Origin: Alphaproteobacteria bacterium
GTDB taxonomy: Bacteria; Pseudomonadota; Alphaproteobacteria; UBA7887
Assembly: GCA_965216755.1 (NCBI GenBank)
Contig: CBDCGL010000011.1
Coordinates: 192,001 to 256,000, forward strand
Direction: 5' to 3'
Length of the DNA stretch: 64,000 bases
The notes below the pieces were generated by a model. That model worked only from the letters and a program-made list of their open reading frames with translations, ran no database searches and had not been told where the DNA came from. Made by a program: the position numbers and the translations under genes. Of this stretch, positions 38,695-48,896 are shown in pieces. The number at the start of each line of letters is the position of its first letter. The stretch's first letter is position 1.

Positions 38695-40581
38695 CTACTC
38701 GGCGGCTTGGGCTTTGCCCATCCAATTCTGGAAGACCGGCGTCTTCGGCGGGTCTATGTGGGTCTCCTCTTTACAGTGTTGCTTCAGCTCGTCCACCGAA
38801 CCGCCGAAATCAAAGATTTCGGTCTTGCCACGTTCCGACGCCAGCCTGCGTCGCAAGGCCTCTGTTGCGCGCTCGTCCACGCTGAGGTCCTTTTTCAGTA
38901 CGACTCCATAACGCCGCGCACCGTCTGCGGTCACGATCCCGCGACGGGCATCGAGAGCCACCTTGTCGGCGTCGCGCTTTAGCGGGTCACCCCAACCGCC
39001 GCCGCCCCAAGTGTTGAAATAGAGCGTATCGCCCGGTGCGACTTTCAACCGGTCGCATTTTGATGGCATCCATTCGCTGCTGCCGTCGGCGCGCACCATC
39101 AGTTTGGTGCTGCGTCGGCCGGGCAAACCGCCATTGACTCCCCAAGGATGGGTCAGCCAACGGTCATCGTGGATCGAGATCTCGCCGGGCTCCAAGAACT
39201 GATAGCCCATGGATAAGCCATTGCCGCCCCGATGCAGGCCCGGGCCACCACTGTCCGCGATAGTCTCGAACTTGACGATACGGAGCGGGAAATAGGCCTC
39301 CAGGAATTCGTTGGGAACGTTGGTAAAGGCTGGCCATAGGGAATGACCATCAGGGCCATCGCCGGCGGGTCGCCCTGGAATTCCACCAAAACCGATTTGG
39401 TAGAGCTGATACCACTCCCCATCCTTGTTGTAGCCCGAATACATGAAATGCGGACTGTCGGAAAATCCGGCCGCGCACAACGCGTCGGGCGAACCCTGCC
39501 CCAGCAATCCGCTCATGATATCGAAAATGCGGGCCAGCAGATGGGTGCGCGAGCTGAGCGCGGCTGGGCGGATTGGCTTCAAGATCGTGCCACGCGGAAT
39601 GTGCACATCGACCAAATCATAAAACCCGTCATTGAACAGGATTTGCGGGTCAAACAGATTGATGAAGAACGCGCCGAGGAACATTTTGAACATTTCCTCG
39701 TTGAGCAAGAAATTCACCGAGCTGATCGACTGCGGGTCGGTGCCTTCAAAATCGAAAATGACACGATCGCCCTCGCGCCACATGGCACAAGCGATCTTGT
39801 ATGGCCCCATACCCATACCATCGTCGTCAATATAGTCTTCGAAATACTGCTTCGTCTCCGGAACCACGTTTTTCAAAATTGCGCCCATCGCGCGTTTGTT
39901 GCGCTCTAGCATTTCGCCCATGGCGGCGACGAACATGTCGACGCCAAAGCGATCGACCATCTCCAAGACGCGCCGTTCGGCCAGGCGCATGGCGGCCACC
40001 AGGGCGTTGAAGTCCGACCTGTTCCACTCCGGCATGCGGCAGTTGCGCAGTATGAGTTCCAAGATCTCTTCGTTCAGTACGCCCTTGCGGATGATCTTAA
40101 CCGGTGGAATCTGAACCCCTTCTTCAAAAATCTGAGCCGCATCGGTCGGCAGACTCCCTGGCACTTTGCCGCCGATATCGGTCATATGCCCAAACATGGC
40201 TGCCCAGGCAACAATGCGCCCATCAATGTAGATTGGCATCATCATCAACCAGTCATTGAGGTGGCTGATCGCGCCGTTGCATGTATAAGGATCGTTGGTC
40301 AGGAAGATATCGCCTTCCTCGATCGTACCCTCGTAGCCCTGTTGGAAGCCCCAGAAGAACGATCCGAACTGGCCAACAACCATTTTGCCTTCCGGGTTGG
40401 CGATCATCGGGAAGGCGTCATGTTGTTCGCGTATCCCGGGCGACATGGCCGTGCGGAATAGAACGGCGTCCATTTCGCTGCGTGCATTTCTGAGGGCATT
40501 CTCGACAATGTCGAGCGTTATCGGGTCGACTTCGACGCTCGTAAAGGGCGCCGTGTTTGTCTGAATAATTTTCGCGGGCAT
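38695..40581 (-). CDS. Hydantoinase B/oxoprolinase family subunit
   Basis: RTAMSPGIRE, NDPY...SHLND, HMTDIGGKVPGS, SGGPGLHRGG, GGGGWGDP. Confidence 0.93.
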   Translation of the reverse strand: MPAKIIQTNTAPFTSVEVDPITLDIVENALRNARSEMDAVLFRTAMSPGIREQHDAFPMIANPEGKMVVGQFGSFFWGFQQGYEGTIEEGDIFLTNDPYTCNGAISHLNDWLMMMPIYIDGRIVAWAAMFGHMTDIGGKVPGSLPTDAAQIFEEGVQIPPVKIIRKGVLNEEILELILRNCRMPEWNRSDFNALVAAMRLAERRVLEMVDRFGVDMFVAAMGEMLERNKRAMGAILKNVVPETKQYFEDYIDDDGMGMGPYKIACAMWREGDRVIFDFEGTDPQSISSVNFLLNEEMFKMFLGAFFINLFDPQILFNDGFYDLVDVHIPRGTILKPIRPAALSSRTHLLARIFDIMSGLLGQGSPDALCAAGFSDSPHFMYSGYNKDGEWYQLYQIGFGGIPGRPAGDGPDGHSLWPAFTNVPNEFLEAYFPLRIVKFETIADSGGPGLHRGGNGLSMGYQFLEPGEISIHDDRWLTHPWGVNGGLPGRRSTKLMVRADGSSEWMPSKCDRLKVAPGDTLYFNTWGGGGWGDPLKRDADKVALDARRGIVTADGARRYGVVLKKDLSVDERATEALRRRLASERGKTEIFDFGGSVDELKQHCKEETHIDPPKTPVFQNWMGKAQAAE

Positions 40582-40593
40582 GGCGGCGGTCCC

Positions 40594-42984
40594 CTAATCG
40601 GCCGGACGAATGAGAATATTGGACACCTGATCGACCTCACCGACATGGTCCGGCAGAACCAACGTGGTCGAATCCATTTCGGTCACAACCGCGGGGCCTC
40701 TTATCCGGTCGCCAGCCAACAACTTAGACCGGTCATAGATCTTTGCCGGATGTTCGCCGCCGTCGACAAACACTCTCGATGTCTCATAGACCGCGTGCGC
40801 GCCGTCGTTGCCGCCGGCGGCCAGCGTTTCCGCCTTGGCGAGGCTTTCACGCCCTTGGACGATCGCGCGCAGATTGTAGAGCTCGCGCTCGGCATCCATC
40901 GAAAACGTAAATAACTGCTCGTGCAACTTGTCAAAGCGTTGCGCGATTTCACCGAGCCCGCCGCCGGCATAGTCCTCCGGCGTGATATCCACGGTCAGTC
41001 GCATGCCTTGGCCCGCATATCTCAGGTCGACCTGGTACATCGTGGTTTGCTCGTCACGCGGCACGCCTTCATCGTCCAGCGTGGCCGAAGCGGCGGTGGC
41101 GAGATCTTCAAGAATGCCGTGGACCTCCGCGTCGCTGGTATCCGATATGCGCCGGACGAATGTCCGCGACGCTTCATCGCGTACGCGCGTCGTCGCGTCG
41201 CCATAGGCACACAACACACCCGGTCCGGGGGGGATGACGACCGGCCACGAACCCATGAGCTTGCCCAGCGCGTTGGCGTGCAGTGGGCCCGCGCCGCCGA
41301 AGCCGACCAAGGCGAAGTCGCGCGGGTCAAAACCTTGCTCGACGGAAACCAGGCGCAGCGCCCCGAACATGTTTTCGTTGACGATATTGACGATGCCTTC
41401 GGCCGCTTCCATCAACGGCAATCCCATGGCGTCGGCGATTTTGGCGACGGCCTCTTCAGCTTTGTCGCGGTCAATAAGCATGTCGCCGCCAAGTTTTGCC
41501 GTTGCCGGCAGATAGCCGAGCACGACGTTGGCATCCGTCACTGTCGGTTCGGTGCCACCGCGACCATAGGCGGCGGGGCCGGGTTCGGCCCCAGCGCTTT
41601 GTGGCCCGACGCGGAGCGCCTTGGTGAGCTCCGGGACATAGGCGATTGAGCCGCCGCCCGCTCCAACCGTGCGGACATCGATTGAAGACGCGCGTACGGT
41701 CACGTCCGCGACCCGGGTCTCGCGCCGTGTCTGCGCCACGCCCCCTTGAATCAGCGCAACATCGGTTGACGTACCGCCCATATCGAATGTCAGTAAATCC
41801 GTGAAGCCGGCCTGTTTGGCCATCCAAATTGCGCCCGAGACGCCGCCCGCCGGTCCACTCATCAATAGATTAACGGGGGTCGCCTTAGCCGCCTCGGCTG
41901 ACGCCAGGCCACCGTCCGACCGCAAAACGTGGAGTTGTACGCCGTTCATGCGTTTGTTGAGCTCGGCATGAAGGTTTTCGACATACGTCGATACGACAGG
42001 CCGAATGTACGAGTTCACGACCGTGGTTTCGGTCCGTTCATACTCGTACATTTCGGGCACAACTTCCGACGAAATTGAAATCGGCACGTTCGGCATGATT
42101 TGCGCGGCGATCGCGCGGACTTTTTCTTCGTGGGCGCCACTCGCATAAGCGTTCATAAGCGACACTGTCAGCGCTTCAACGCCTTCGGCCCGGAGCCGGT
42201 TCAGATCCTCGCGCAGCTTGGCCTCATCCAAGGGTTCGACGATCTCACCTTTGGCACCTGTGCGCTCATTGGCCTCGATGGTCAATTCCAACGGCGCCAA
42301 CGGATCAGCTTTGTTGTAGATCACCCATCCACCGAGACCGCCAGGCACATAAGATCGGGCAATTTGCAGTATCTGCCGATAGCCCTTGGTGGTCACCAAC
42401 CCAACCCGCGCGCCGCTGGCGGTGAGTACTGTATTTGTCGCAACTGTCGTGCCATGCATGACATGGCCGATAGCTGTAGCTTCGATTCCGGCGTAGTCGC
42501 AGATCCGTTCGATCCCGTTCAAGACGCCGATCGACGAGTCCTGCGGTGTCGACGGGACCTTTGCTGTATAGGTGTGTCCCGTCTTTTCCTCGATTAGCAA
42601 CAAGTCGGTGAAAGTACCGCCGACGTCAACGCCAAGCTGGTACTGGCCGCCCGCGGTTGGGCGCCGCCGTGGTTTCGCCGTCGGCTCGGGGCGCGGCGGC
42701 GCGGGCCGCGCTGTGGTCGGCGCTCGCGCGTCGATCTTGCGTGGCGCGGGCCTTGGCGCTGCTGGTTTTTCCCGGGTACGTGGGGTTTCGACTGGCGCGA
42801 CCGGTGGGGCCACACTCGGTGATGATACGGGAGCCACTGGCGGCGTGGAGACCGGACCGCCGGCAGGCGCAGGCGATCGCGGCGCCGATCGGCCGCCAGT
42901 ACGACCGAGCTTGTCAAATTCTTGGGCGATATCGGCGAGTTGCTTGTCGAACCAACTCGTGCCGTTGCCTGAGTTCTTCGCCAT
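40594..42984 (-). CDS. Hydantoinase A/oxoprolinase family subunit with a long N-terminal extension
   Basis: GVDVGGTFTD, HGTTVATN, SGPAGG, DMGGTSTD, GAGGGSIA, PTVTDAN, FGGAGPLH. Confidence 0.93.
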   Translation of the reverse strand: MAKNSGNGTSWFDKQLADIAQEFDKLGRTGGRSAPRSPAPAGGPVSTPPVAPVSSPSVAPPVAPVETPRTREKPAAPRPAPRKIDARAPTTARPAPPRPEPTAKPRRRPTAGGQYQLGVDVGGTFTDLLLIEEKTGHTYTAKVPSTPQDSSIGVLNGIERICDYAGIEATAIGHVMHGTTVATNTVLTASGARVGLVTTKGYRQILQIARSYVPGGLGGWVIYNKADPLAPLELTIEANERTGAKGEIVEPLDEAKLREDLNRLRAEGVEALTVSLMNAYASGAHEEKVRAIAAQIMPNVPISISSEVVPEMYEYERTETTVVNSYIRPVVSTYVENLHAELNKRMNGVQLHVLRSDGGLASAEAAKATPVNLLMSGPAGGVSGAIWMAKQAGFTDLLTFDMGGTSTDVALIQGGVAQTRRETRVADVTVRASSIDVRTVGAGGGSIAYVPELTKALRVGPQSAGAEPGPAAYGRGGTEPTVTDANVVLGYLPATAKLGGDMLIDRDKAEEAVAKIADAMGLPLMEAAEGIVNIVNENMFGALRLVSVEQGFDPRDFALVGFGGAGPLHANALGKLMGSWPVVIPPGPGVLCAYGDATTRVRDEASRTFVRRISDTSDAEVHGILEDLATAASATLDDEGVPRDEQTTMYQVDLRYAGQGMRLTVDITPEDYAGGGLGEIAQRFDKLHEQLFTFSMDAERELYNLRAIVQGRESLAKAETLAAGGNDGAHAVYETSRVFVDGGEHPAKIYDRSKLLAGDRIRGPAVVTEMDSTTLVLPDHVGEVDQVSNILIRPAD

Positions 42985-43003
42985 TTAACGTGTCCCGATT
43001 TCG

Positions 43004-43648
43004 CTAGTTGTTACGGCGACGCCATTGTTCAATCCAGTCGATCGCGTGATCGGCAGTGATGACGTCACAATAACGCCGCCCAACGTCGCGAAGATTATCT
43101 TGGTGCGGCCTTTCATCGTGATCGCCCACGCAATCTTCTGGCACAATTGTGCGGAATCCCCACTGAAAGCTGTCAATGACCGAGGCGCGAACGCAACCAG
43201 ACGTCACACAACCCGTGACAATCACAGTGTCAACGTGTTGCTTCAACAAATAAGCCGTTGCAGGAGTTTGAAAGAAAATGGACGCGCCGGACTTGCGCAT
43301 GGCCACGTCGTAACCGGGGTCGAATATGCGTGGGTCGAATTTGGTCGACGGGTGGCCTTCGATGAGATCCTCAGTGACCGTCGTGACCTTCCAATAGGGC
43401 ATATCCTCCCGCGAGTTGTAGGCCGTATAGCACGTCGCGACGGGAACGCCGCTGCGTCGCGCCACCTCCAGCAAGCGGGCTGTATTGTTGACCGCGCGAT
43501 CAATCAATGGCGCACCGCCAAGTTTGTATGCCGGGTCCGTGAATGCAGTCTGAAAGTCGACCACGACGATTCCGGCCTTCTGACCGAAACCAATTTCCGT
43601 ACCTCCGTAGGTGCGTTCTTGGTAGATCTCCGTCGATGAATCCGTCAC
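43004..43648 (-). CDS. Isochorismatase-family amidohydrolase (N-carbamoylsarcosine amidase/NicF-like)
   Basis: VVDFQ, RKSGASIF, TGCVTSGCVRAS..D; GGAGG RBS before the GTG start. Confidence 0.88.
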   Translation of the reverse strand: MTDSSTEIYQERTYGGTEIGFGQKAGIVVVDFQTAFTDPAYKLGGAPLIDRAVNNTARLLEVARRSGVPVATCYTAYNSREDMPYWKVTTVTEDLIEGHPSTKFDPRIFDPGYDVAMRKSGASIFFQTPATAYLLKQHVDTVIVTGCVTSGCVRASVIDSFQWGFRTIVPEDCVGDHDERPHQDNLRDVGRRYCDVITADHAIDWIEQWRRRNN

Positions 43649-43730
43649 CGTGTCCTCCCTTTGGCTCGCCGCTGGCCGGTGTCAAGCGGTTATGGTCGCT
43701 AGGTTATAGCAGGGATTTTGGCGGAGCTCT

Positions 43731-44459
43731 TTGATTCCAATGGAGATGATGAAACTGGACATTGCCGGCGATGCGCGACGGGCGTTTGACGTGCTGGCGC
43801 GCGGCGGAATTGCGATCCTTCCGATGGACGTTGGCTATTCGCTGATCGGTGGCTCCGACGTCGCGTTAGAGACCATATTCCAGACGAAGAAGCGCGCTGG
43901 GTCAAAGCTGAACGCCATGCTCGGCGACAATACACTGCAACACGAGCTCCAGATACTGGATCAGCGCGGATGGGAGATCGTTGACGCCATTATCGGCGAC
44001 TATGATCTCCCGCTTGGCGCCATCGCGCCCGCGCGAATGGATCATCCCATTCTTCGGAAAATGAGCTCCGATGCGCTTCGGCGTTCAACCAGATTAGACA
44101 CGGTCTTGATGCTACTCAATGCTGGTCATTTTCATGCGGAGATCTGTCGGTTTAGCCGAGAGGCCGTGCATCCGCTGTTCGGTTCGTCGGCGAACCTGTC
44201 GCTTTCCGGTACAAAGTTCCTGGTATCCGATATTGAGCCAGAACTACGGGCGATCGCCGACATCGTCATCGATCACGGTCTGCGCAAGTATCATCTCTAC
44301 CGAGCGTCCTCGACACTTCTTGATCTGAAAACCTTGGACGTCGTGCGCTATGGCTCCTGCTTTGAACTGATCGCGGATATCCTCAAACGCCATTTCAAAA
44401 TTGAACTCCCACCGCCGCCGCCGGGGTACTTGCACACACTGATCGCCGATCGCCTATAG
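43731..44459 (+). CDS. Divergent Sua5/YrdC (TsaC-like) domain protein, copy 1
   Basis: GGIAILPMDVGY, IFQTKKR, FGSSANLS, ADIVID.G, SSTLLDL, VRYG. Start may be ATG 43740/43746. Confidence 0.8.
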   Translation: MIPMEMMKLDIAGDARRAFDVLARGGIAILPMDVGYSLIGGSDVALETIFQTKKRAGSKLNAMLGDNTLQHELQILDQRGWEIVDAIIGDYDLPLGAIAPARMDHPILRKMSSDALRRSTRLDTVLMLLNAGHFHAEICRFSREAVHPLFGSSANLSLSGTKFLVSDIEPELRAIADIVIDHGLRKYHLYRASSTLLDLKTLDVVRYGSCFELIADILKRHFKIELPPPPPGYLHTLIADRL

Positions 44460-44485
44460 ATACGACTCAAGGAAGGGTAGGCTTC

Positions 44486-45202
44486 ATGGACATGTTCGAA
44501 GGGCGGAATATCGCGACTGACGCGCGGCGCATACTTGATACGGTGGCCGCCGGCGGGGTCGCGATCTTTCCCTTGACCGTGGGCTACGGCATGGTAGGCC
44601 ACACCAAGGCTGCCGTCGCGCGCATCTATGAGGCCAAGGCACGCAGTTTCGGCAAACCGTGCGGCATGTTCGCAAACTGGGAATTGTTTATGGAAATCAG
44701 CGATGTTGATGACCAACGCCGCAACATTGTCCGCACGATCATCGACATGCACAATTTGCCGTTTTCAATCGTCGCGCCATTTCGACAAAACCATCCTTTG
44801 ATCCAATCGTTAGACGCATACGCACTCGCGAACGCCAGCAAGTCGGGCACGATGGACTTACTCATGAATGCCGGTGCGCTGCACGATGCCGTCGCGCAAG
44901 GCGCCCGCGGGCGTGGGATGGCGGTCGTCGGGTCTTCTGCCAATCGTTCATTGACAGGAAGCAAATTTCGACTCGAAGACGTTGAGGACCAGGTGCGGGC
45001 CGCTGCCGATCTTTGCATTGATTACGGTCTCAGCCGGTATCACAACGACGAAGGCTTGGGCAGCTCGATTATCGATCTGATCAGTTTTGAAACCATCCGC
45101 GTCGGCTGTGTCTATGATCAAATCTGTCAAATTCTGTTGGACGAACACGCAATCGACCTCAAGGCTATCGGCATGGCCGGCCGAGATCCACAAACTAAAT
45201 AG
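44486..45202 (+). CDS. Divergent Sua5/YrdC (TsaC-like) domain protein, copy 2
   Basis: GGVAIFPLTVGY, IYEAKAR, GSSANRS, ADLCIDYG, SSIIDL, IRVG. Confidence 0.8.
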   Translation: MDMFEGRNIATDARRILDTVAAGGVAIFPLTVGYGMVGHTKAAVARIYEAKARSFGKPCGMFANWELFMEISDVDDQRRNIVRTIIDMHNLPFSIVAPFRQNHPLIQSLDAYALANASKSGTMDLLMNAGALHDAVAQGARGRGMAVVGSSANRSLTGSKFRLEDVEDQVRAAADLCIDYGLSRYHNDEGLGSSIIDLISFETIRVGCVYDQICQILLDEHAIDLKAIGMAGRDPQTK

Positions 45203-45330
45203 TGTCCGGCTATCAGCTCGGACCATCAATTTCGATCGTGCTGGGGTCGCCAAGGAAACGCCGCCTTGCTAGGTTATGGCCACGGACGCATGAGACTTAC
45301 AATTGCGAACAAGCCGGAAGGAGACCGCCA

Positions 45331-46851
45331 ATGGCGCAGGTTGTGTCGTTCCAAGAACCGATGGAGCAACTGGTCCGCTTTGTCGAGGATACCGCCCCGG
45401 ATCACATGGTTGCGGCAGCGCAAGAGCGTCTGAACGCGGGCGTGCAACCCCGCGACCTGCTCGCGGCGGCGGGTCTCGCCGTTAGTCGATCGACGGAGTT
45501 ACCGCCTTCGCATCACGGTGGACCCGTGCATCCGGTCTGCGGCCTTTCTGCGTTGAACGGATTGACCGAGCGGCTTTCCGGCAAACGTGGATTCCTGCCG
45601 ACGATTCAAGGCCTTGCCTTGGCAAACAGACATATTCACGCGCCAGAAATGGGGCCGGCGGCCATGGCTGTTGTCGACGTCGATGACTTGGTGAAGCTAG
45701 GCAAGAAAACAGTTCTCGACGGATTTCGAGATGCCTTGCACGCACGTGTGGCACCGACGGCCATTCGTCACATGATCGCGCTCACCAAAATGGCGACGCC
45801 CGGGGAAATCATGGAGGGCCTTCTGAGCGTGGCACTGCCCCGTAACGCCCTCGACGATCATTACTTTCTGTACGTGGTTTACGCGTTTCGCGCCCTCGAC
45901 GATCTGGGCTGGGAACATGCCGGCGTCATGCTGCGGCCGCCCGTGCAGTTTCTTACCCGCCACCCGATGATGGAACATGGCGACGGCATGCGCGGTCAGA
46001 TCATCGCCGATGGCATCGCCCTGTACCGTGCTTTCACAGACTTGGAGTCGGCGCTTGACCAGAGTGGTCTGGTTGACTCGCCGCCACCTTTCGATACCAA
46101 TGCCGGCGAATCCCGCGCGATCGATTTGCTCGCAGACGAAATCGCCTTGATCGAGGCGATCCCGAATGTCTCGACATTGCTAATCGATGCCATGGTTGGT
46201 GGACTCTCGATTATGGGTACTTTGGAAGCGATGTCAATCGGCGGTGGCCGACGCTATTTGCGGTCCGACAGTGGCAATCCGTTCGATGTCCATATTCACA
46301 CCGGGGTCAATGCCCGTCGGTATCTACTGGGCTTGCCCGATTTGTCATTGCGCACCAAACTGTTGGCATTGCTGTCTTGGGGGCAGGGCTATGAGGTACG
46401 CCATTTGGATCGCACAATGCGTCACCCCGTCGGTGCCGATCCGCATCAATTGGCGCGTCTGCCACGACGCGACCAAACAACTCTACTCGATGCAATTGCG
46501 GAAGATCTAGCCAGTCTACCGGTTGTCGATCTCACCGCGCTGACGGGATCAATTGCTGACCTGGTTGCCCCGCAGGCATTGGCACACACGATCGCGCTGG
46601 CACAACAATACGCCCAGGCCGGCCATGATCCGGATCCATTCTTCGCGCTAATGGCTGATTTGGTCTGTCACGACGACCAATCCGAAATGCACGCGTACAA
46701 AATGCAGCAGGCCGCCTATGAGGAATACCAGGCGACGCGGGATCCGTTCCGGTGGGTGCACATAGTATCCGCCGCGCGCCATCTTGCTGTGATCATGCAA
46801 ATGCGTCCGCGAACGGTCTATCCGCAGGCTTTGAAACTATTGCCCGCGTAG
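45331..46851 (+). CDS. Uncharacterised helical protein with repeated His/acidic motifs
   Basis: Long ORF; GGAAGGAG RBS before ATG 45331; motifs HHGGPVH, DDHYF, FDVHIHT, SEMHAYK. No family recognised with confidence. Confidence 0.65.
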   Translation: MAQVVSFQEPMEQLVRFVEDTAPDHMVAAAQERLNAGVQPRDLLAAAGLAVSRSTELPPSHHGGPVHPVCGLSALNGLTERLSGKRGFLPTIQGLALANRHIHAPEMGPAAMAVVDVDDLVKLGKKTVLDGFRDALHARVAPTAIRHMIALTKMATPGEIMEGLLSVALPRNALDDHYFLYVVYAFRALDDLGWEHAGVMLRPPVQFLTRHPMMEHGDGMRGQIIADGIALYRAFTDLESALDQSGLVDSPPPFDTNAGESRAIDLLADEIALIEAIPNVSTLLIDAMVGGLSIMGTLEAMSIGGGRRYLRSDSGNPFDVHIHTGVNARRYLLGLPDLSLRTKLLALLSWGQGYEVRHLDRTMRHPVGADPHQLARLPRRDQTTLLDAIAEDLASLPVVDLTALTGSIADLVAPQALAHTIALAQQYAQAGHDPDPFFALMADLVCHDDQSEMHAYKMQQAAYEEYQATRDPFRWVHIVSAARHLAVIMQMRPRTVYPQALKLLPA

Positions 46852-47997
46852 TGGCCTGAAGAACGCGCGGATCTCCTCGACCAGGGCATCGGGCTGCTCC
46901 ATGGCGGCAAAATGCCCGCCGCGATCCCGCACGGTCCAACGCTGAATGTCGGTATACACCTGCTCGGCGAGCGAGCGCGTGGGCCGCAAGATCTCGCAGG
47001 GAAATTCGCAATAGCCGGTGGGGACGTCGATGGTGGCACCTTCGGGGATTGGCCAAGGACTGTGCATGCGGGCGTAATACGGCCAAAACGACGAGCCGAT
47101 CGCGCCGGTAAACCAATACAAGCTGATATTGCCGAGCAACTGATCTTTGCTGAAGACCGACTCGATGTTGCCATTGCAGTCCGACCATGCGCGGAATTTT
47201 TCACTGATCCAAGCCGCCAAGCCGGCTGGTGAATCGGTCAATCCAAAAGCAAGGGTTTGAGGCCGCGTTCCCTGGATCCATTGATACCCGGTTTCATCCT
47301 TCAGCCATGCTGCCAATTCATCCAGATATTTCTGTTCTTCCGCCGATGGATCGGCCAACATCTTCGGGTCGCGGCGAAGTGGCATCAGGTTCAAATGGAT
47401 CCCCAGGCAATGGGCGGCGTCGACCAGCCCAAGCCGCGAGGTAATAAATGACCCCCAATCGCCGCCCTGGGCCCCGTAGCGTTGATAGCCCAGCACCTCG
47501 CCCATGAGACCGGCAAAACAATCGACGATAGCCTCGACGCCGAACCTCTCTTGTCCAGGCTGGAATGATAGTCCGTAGCCCGGCAGCGACGGCGCCACGA
47601 CTGTGAACGCATCGGCCGGGTCGGCGCCATGGCGCGCCGGGTCCGTCAACTTCGGAATAATGTCAACGAACTCGAAGACCGAACCCGGCCAGCCATGCGA
47701 CAGCAGTAAGGGCATGGGGGCCGGGCCCTGGCCCGAGACATGCAGGTAGTGCACGTCGATCCCGTGCAGCGGCACTTTGAATTGCGGAAAGGCGTTGAGT
47801 CGCGCTTCCTGCGCGCGCCAGTCAAACTCATGGCCCCAATAGTCGATGAGCTTGCGAAGCCAGGTGACGTCGGTGCCATAGGCCCAGGGTTCACCCGGCG
47901 CTTGGTCCGGGTAACGTGTCCCTGCCAATCTCTGTTTAAGGTCGGCAATGGCGTCATCGGATACTGCTAGTGCAAACGGTTTCGGCGTGGCGCTCAT
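46837..47997 (-). CDS. Epoxide hydrolase (EHN, microsomal-type alpha/beta hydrolase)
   Basis: FDWRAQE.RLN, HGWPGS, QGGDWG, GGHFAAMEQP. Confidence 0.93.
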   Translation of the reverse strand: MSATPKPFALAVSDDAIADLKQRLAGTRYPDQAPGEPWAYGTDVTWLRKLIDYWGHEFDWRAQEARLNAFPQFKVPLHGIDVHYLHVSGQGPAPMPLLLSHGWPGSVFEFVDIIPKLTDPARHGADPADAFTVVAPSLPGYGLSFQPGQERFGVEAIVDCFAGLMGEVLGYQRYGAQGGDWGSFITSRLGLVDAAHCLGIHLNLMPLRRDPKMLADPSAEEQKYLDELAAWLKDETGYQWIQGTRPQTLAFGLTDSPAGLAAWISEKFRAWSDCNGNIESVFSKDQLLGNISLYWFTGAIGSSFWPYYARMHSPWPIPEGATIDVPTGYCEFPCEILRPTRSLAEQVYTDIQRWTVRDRGGHFAAMEQPDALVEEIRAFFRPLRGQ

Positions 47998-48005
47998 GTA
48001 TCGTT

Positions 48006-48791
48006 CTACCTGAAGGTTAAGCTAACGGTTCCCAAAACACCGAAATTGGCGATCACTTCAGTGCCAGCACGAACAGGCAGGGGCTCAAGACACGTACCGG
48101 TGGTGATGACCTGCCCAGCTCGCAAAGAAATATTGAGTGACGAAAGTTCGTTGACGATCCACGTCAGCGCAATGAGCGGGCCGTCGAGTACGTTGGCGCC
48201 TGTGCCCTCGCGCGTGACCGAACCGACGACCGAACCGGTGACCTTGTGTGTGGCAAGGTCAAGATTGCGCCAAATATCGGGTGCCTCGGGCCCCAACACG
48301 AACTCGTGGGCACACGCATTATCGGCGATTAATTGGGGTGCGCCGACCGTCGCAAAGTCCTCGAATCGCGAGTCGGGAATTTCCAGCGCGGGATGCAAAG
48401 CATCAATCGCTGCCAACAGATCATCAACGTCGTAGGGCTCTCGTCGGGCGGGCAAATCTTGACCTAAGCGGAACGCAAACTCGGGTTCGGCGACGCCCAT
48501 GTGGTTGCGGCCGAATTCCAATCGCGCGCCATGGCCAAAGGCCCTCTCCGCGAGCAACCGTCCCGCGAGCGGACCATCAACGCCAATATGTGACTGCCCG
48601 GCGCGGCTTGTTGCAGCGATTTTCCAGCCGAACAGAGGCTTTGCGCTGCGCGCTTCCAGCGTGGCTTGAATGGCATAGCCATCCTGTCGCGAAGCAGGCC
48701 GCGTATCGGCCGGCAACGCAGCCATAGAGTCGCCATCCTGCCAGTGGCGCCACAACCTATCGGCCGCGTCTCTGACCGCCTCAGGATTCAC
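48006..48791 (-). CDS. 2-keto-4-pentenoate hydratase-like (FAH family)
   Basis: GWKIAATS, EPEFAF, LEIPDSR, IADNA, GQVITTG. Confidence 0.88.
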   Translation of the reverse strand: MNPEAVRDAADRLWRHWQDGDSMAALPADTRPASRQDGYAIQATLEARSAKPLFGWKIAATSRAGQSHIGVDGPLAGRLLAERAFGHGARLEFGRNHMGVAEPEFAFRLGQDLPARREPYDVDDLLAAIDALHPALEIPDSRFEDFATVGAPQLIADNACAHEFVLGPEAPDIWRNLDLATHKVTGSVVGSVTREGTGANVLDGPLIALTWIVNELSSLNISLRAGQVITTGTCLEPLPVRAGTEVIANFGVLGTVSLTFR

Positions 48792-48896
48792 GCGTTGAAT
48801 TCCGTAAGTTCGACATTTGCTGCTGGCTTGACGCCAGCCCCAGGGCGTTTACCCATTTGGGCCATGCGGGCAGCGAACATAGCTGAGGCGGCCAGA

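Noticed and set aside
43731-45202. Naming either gene tsaC/sua5
   Set aside because: Several canonical motifs are replaced and the genes are tandem paralogues in a catabolic context.
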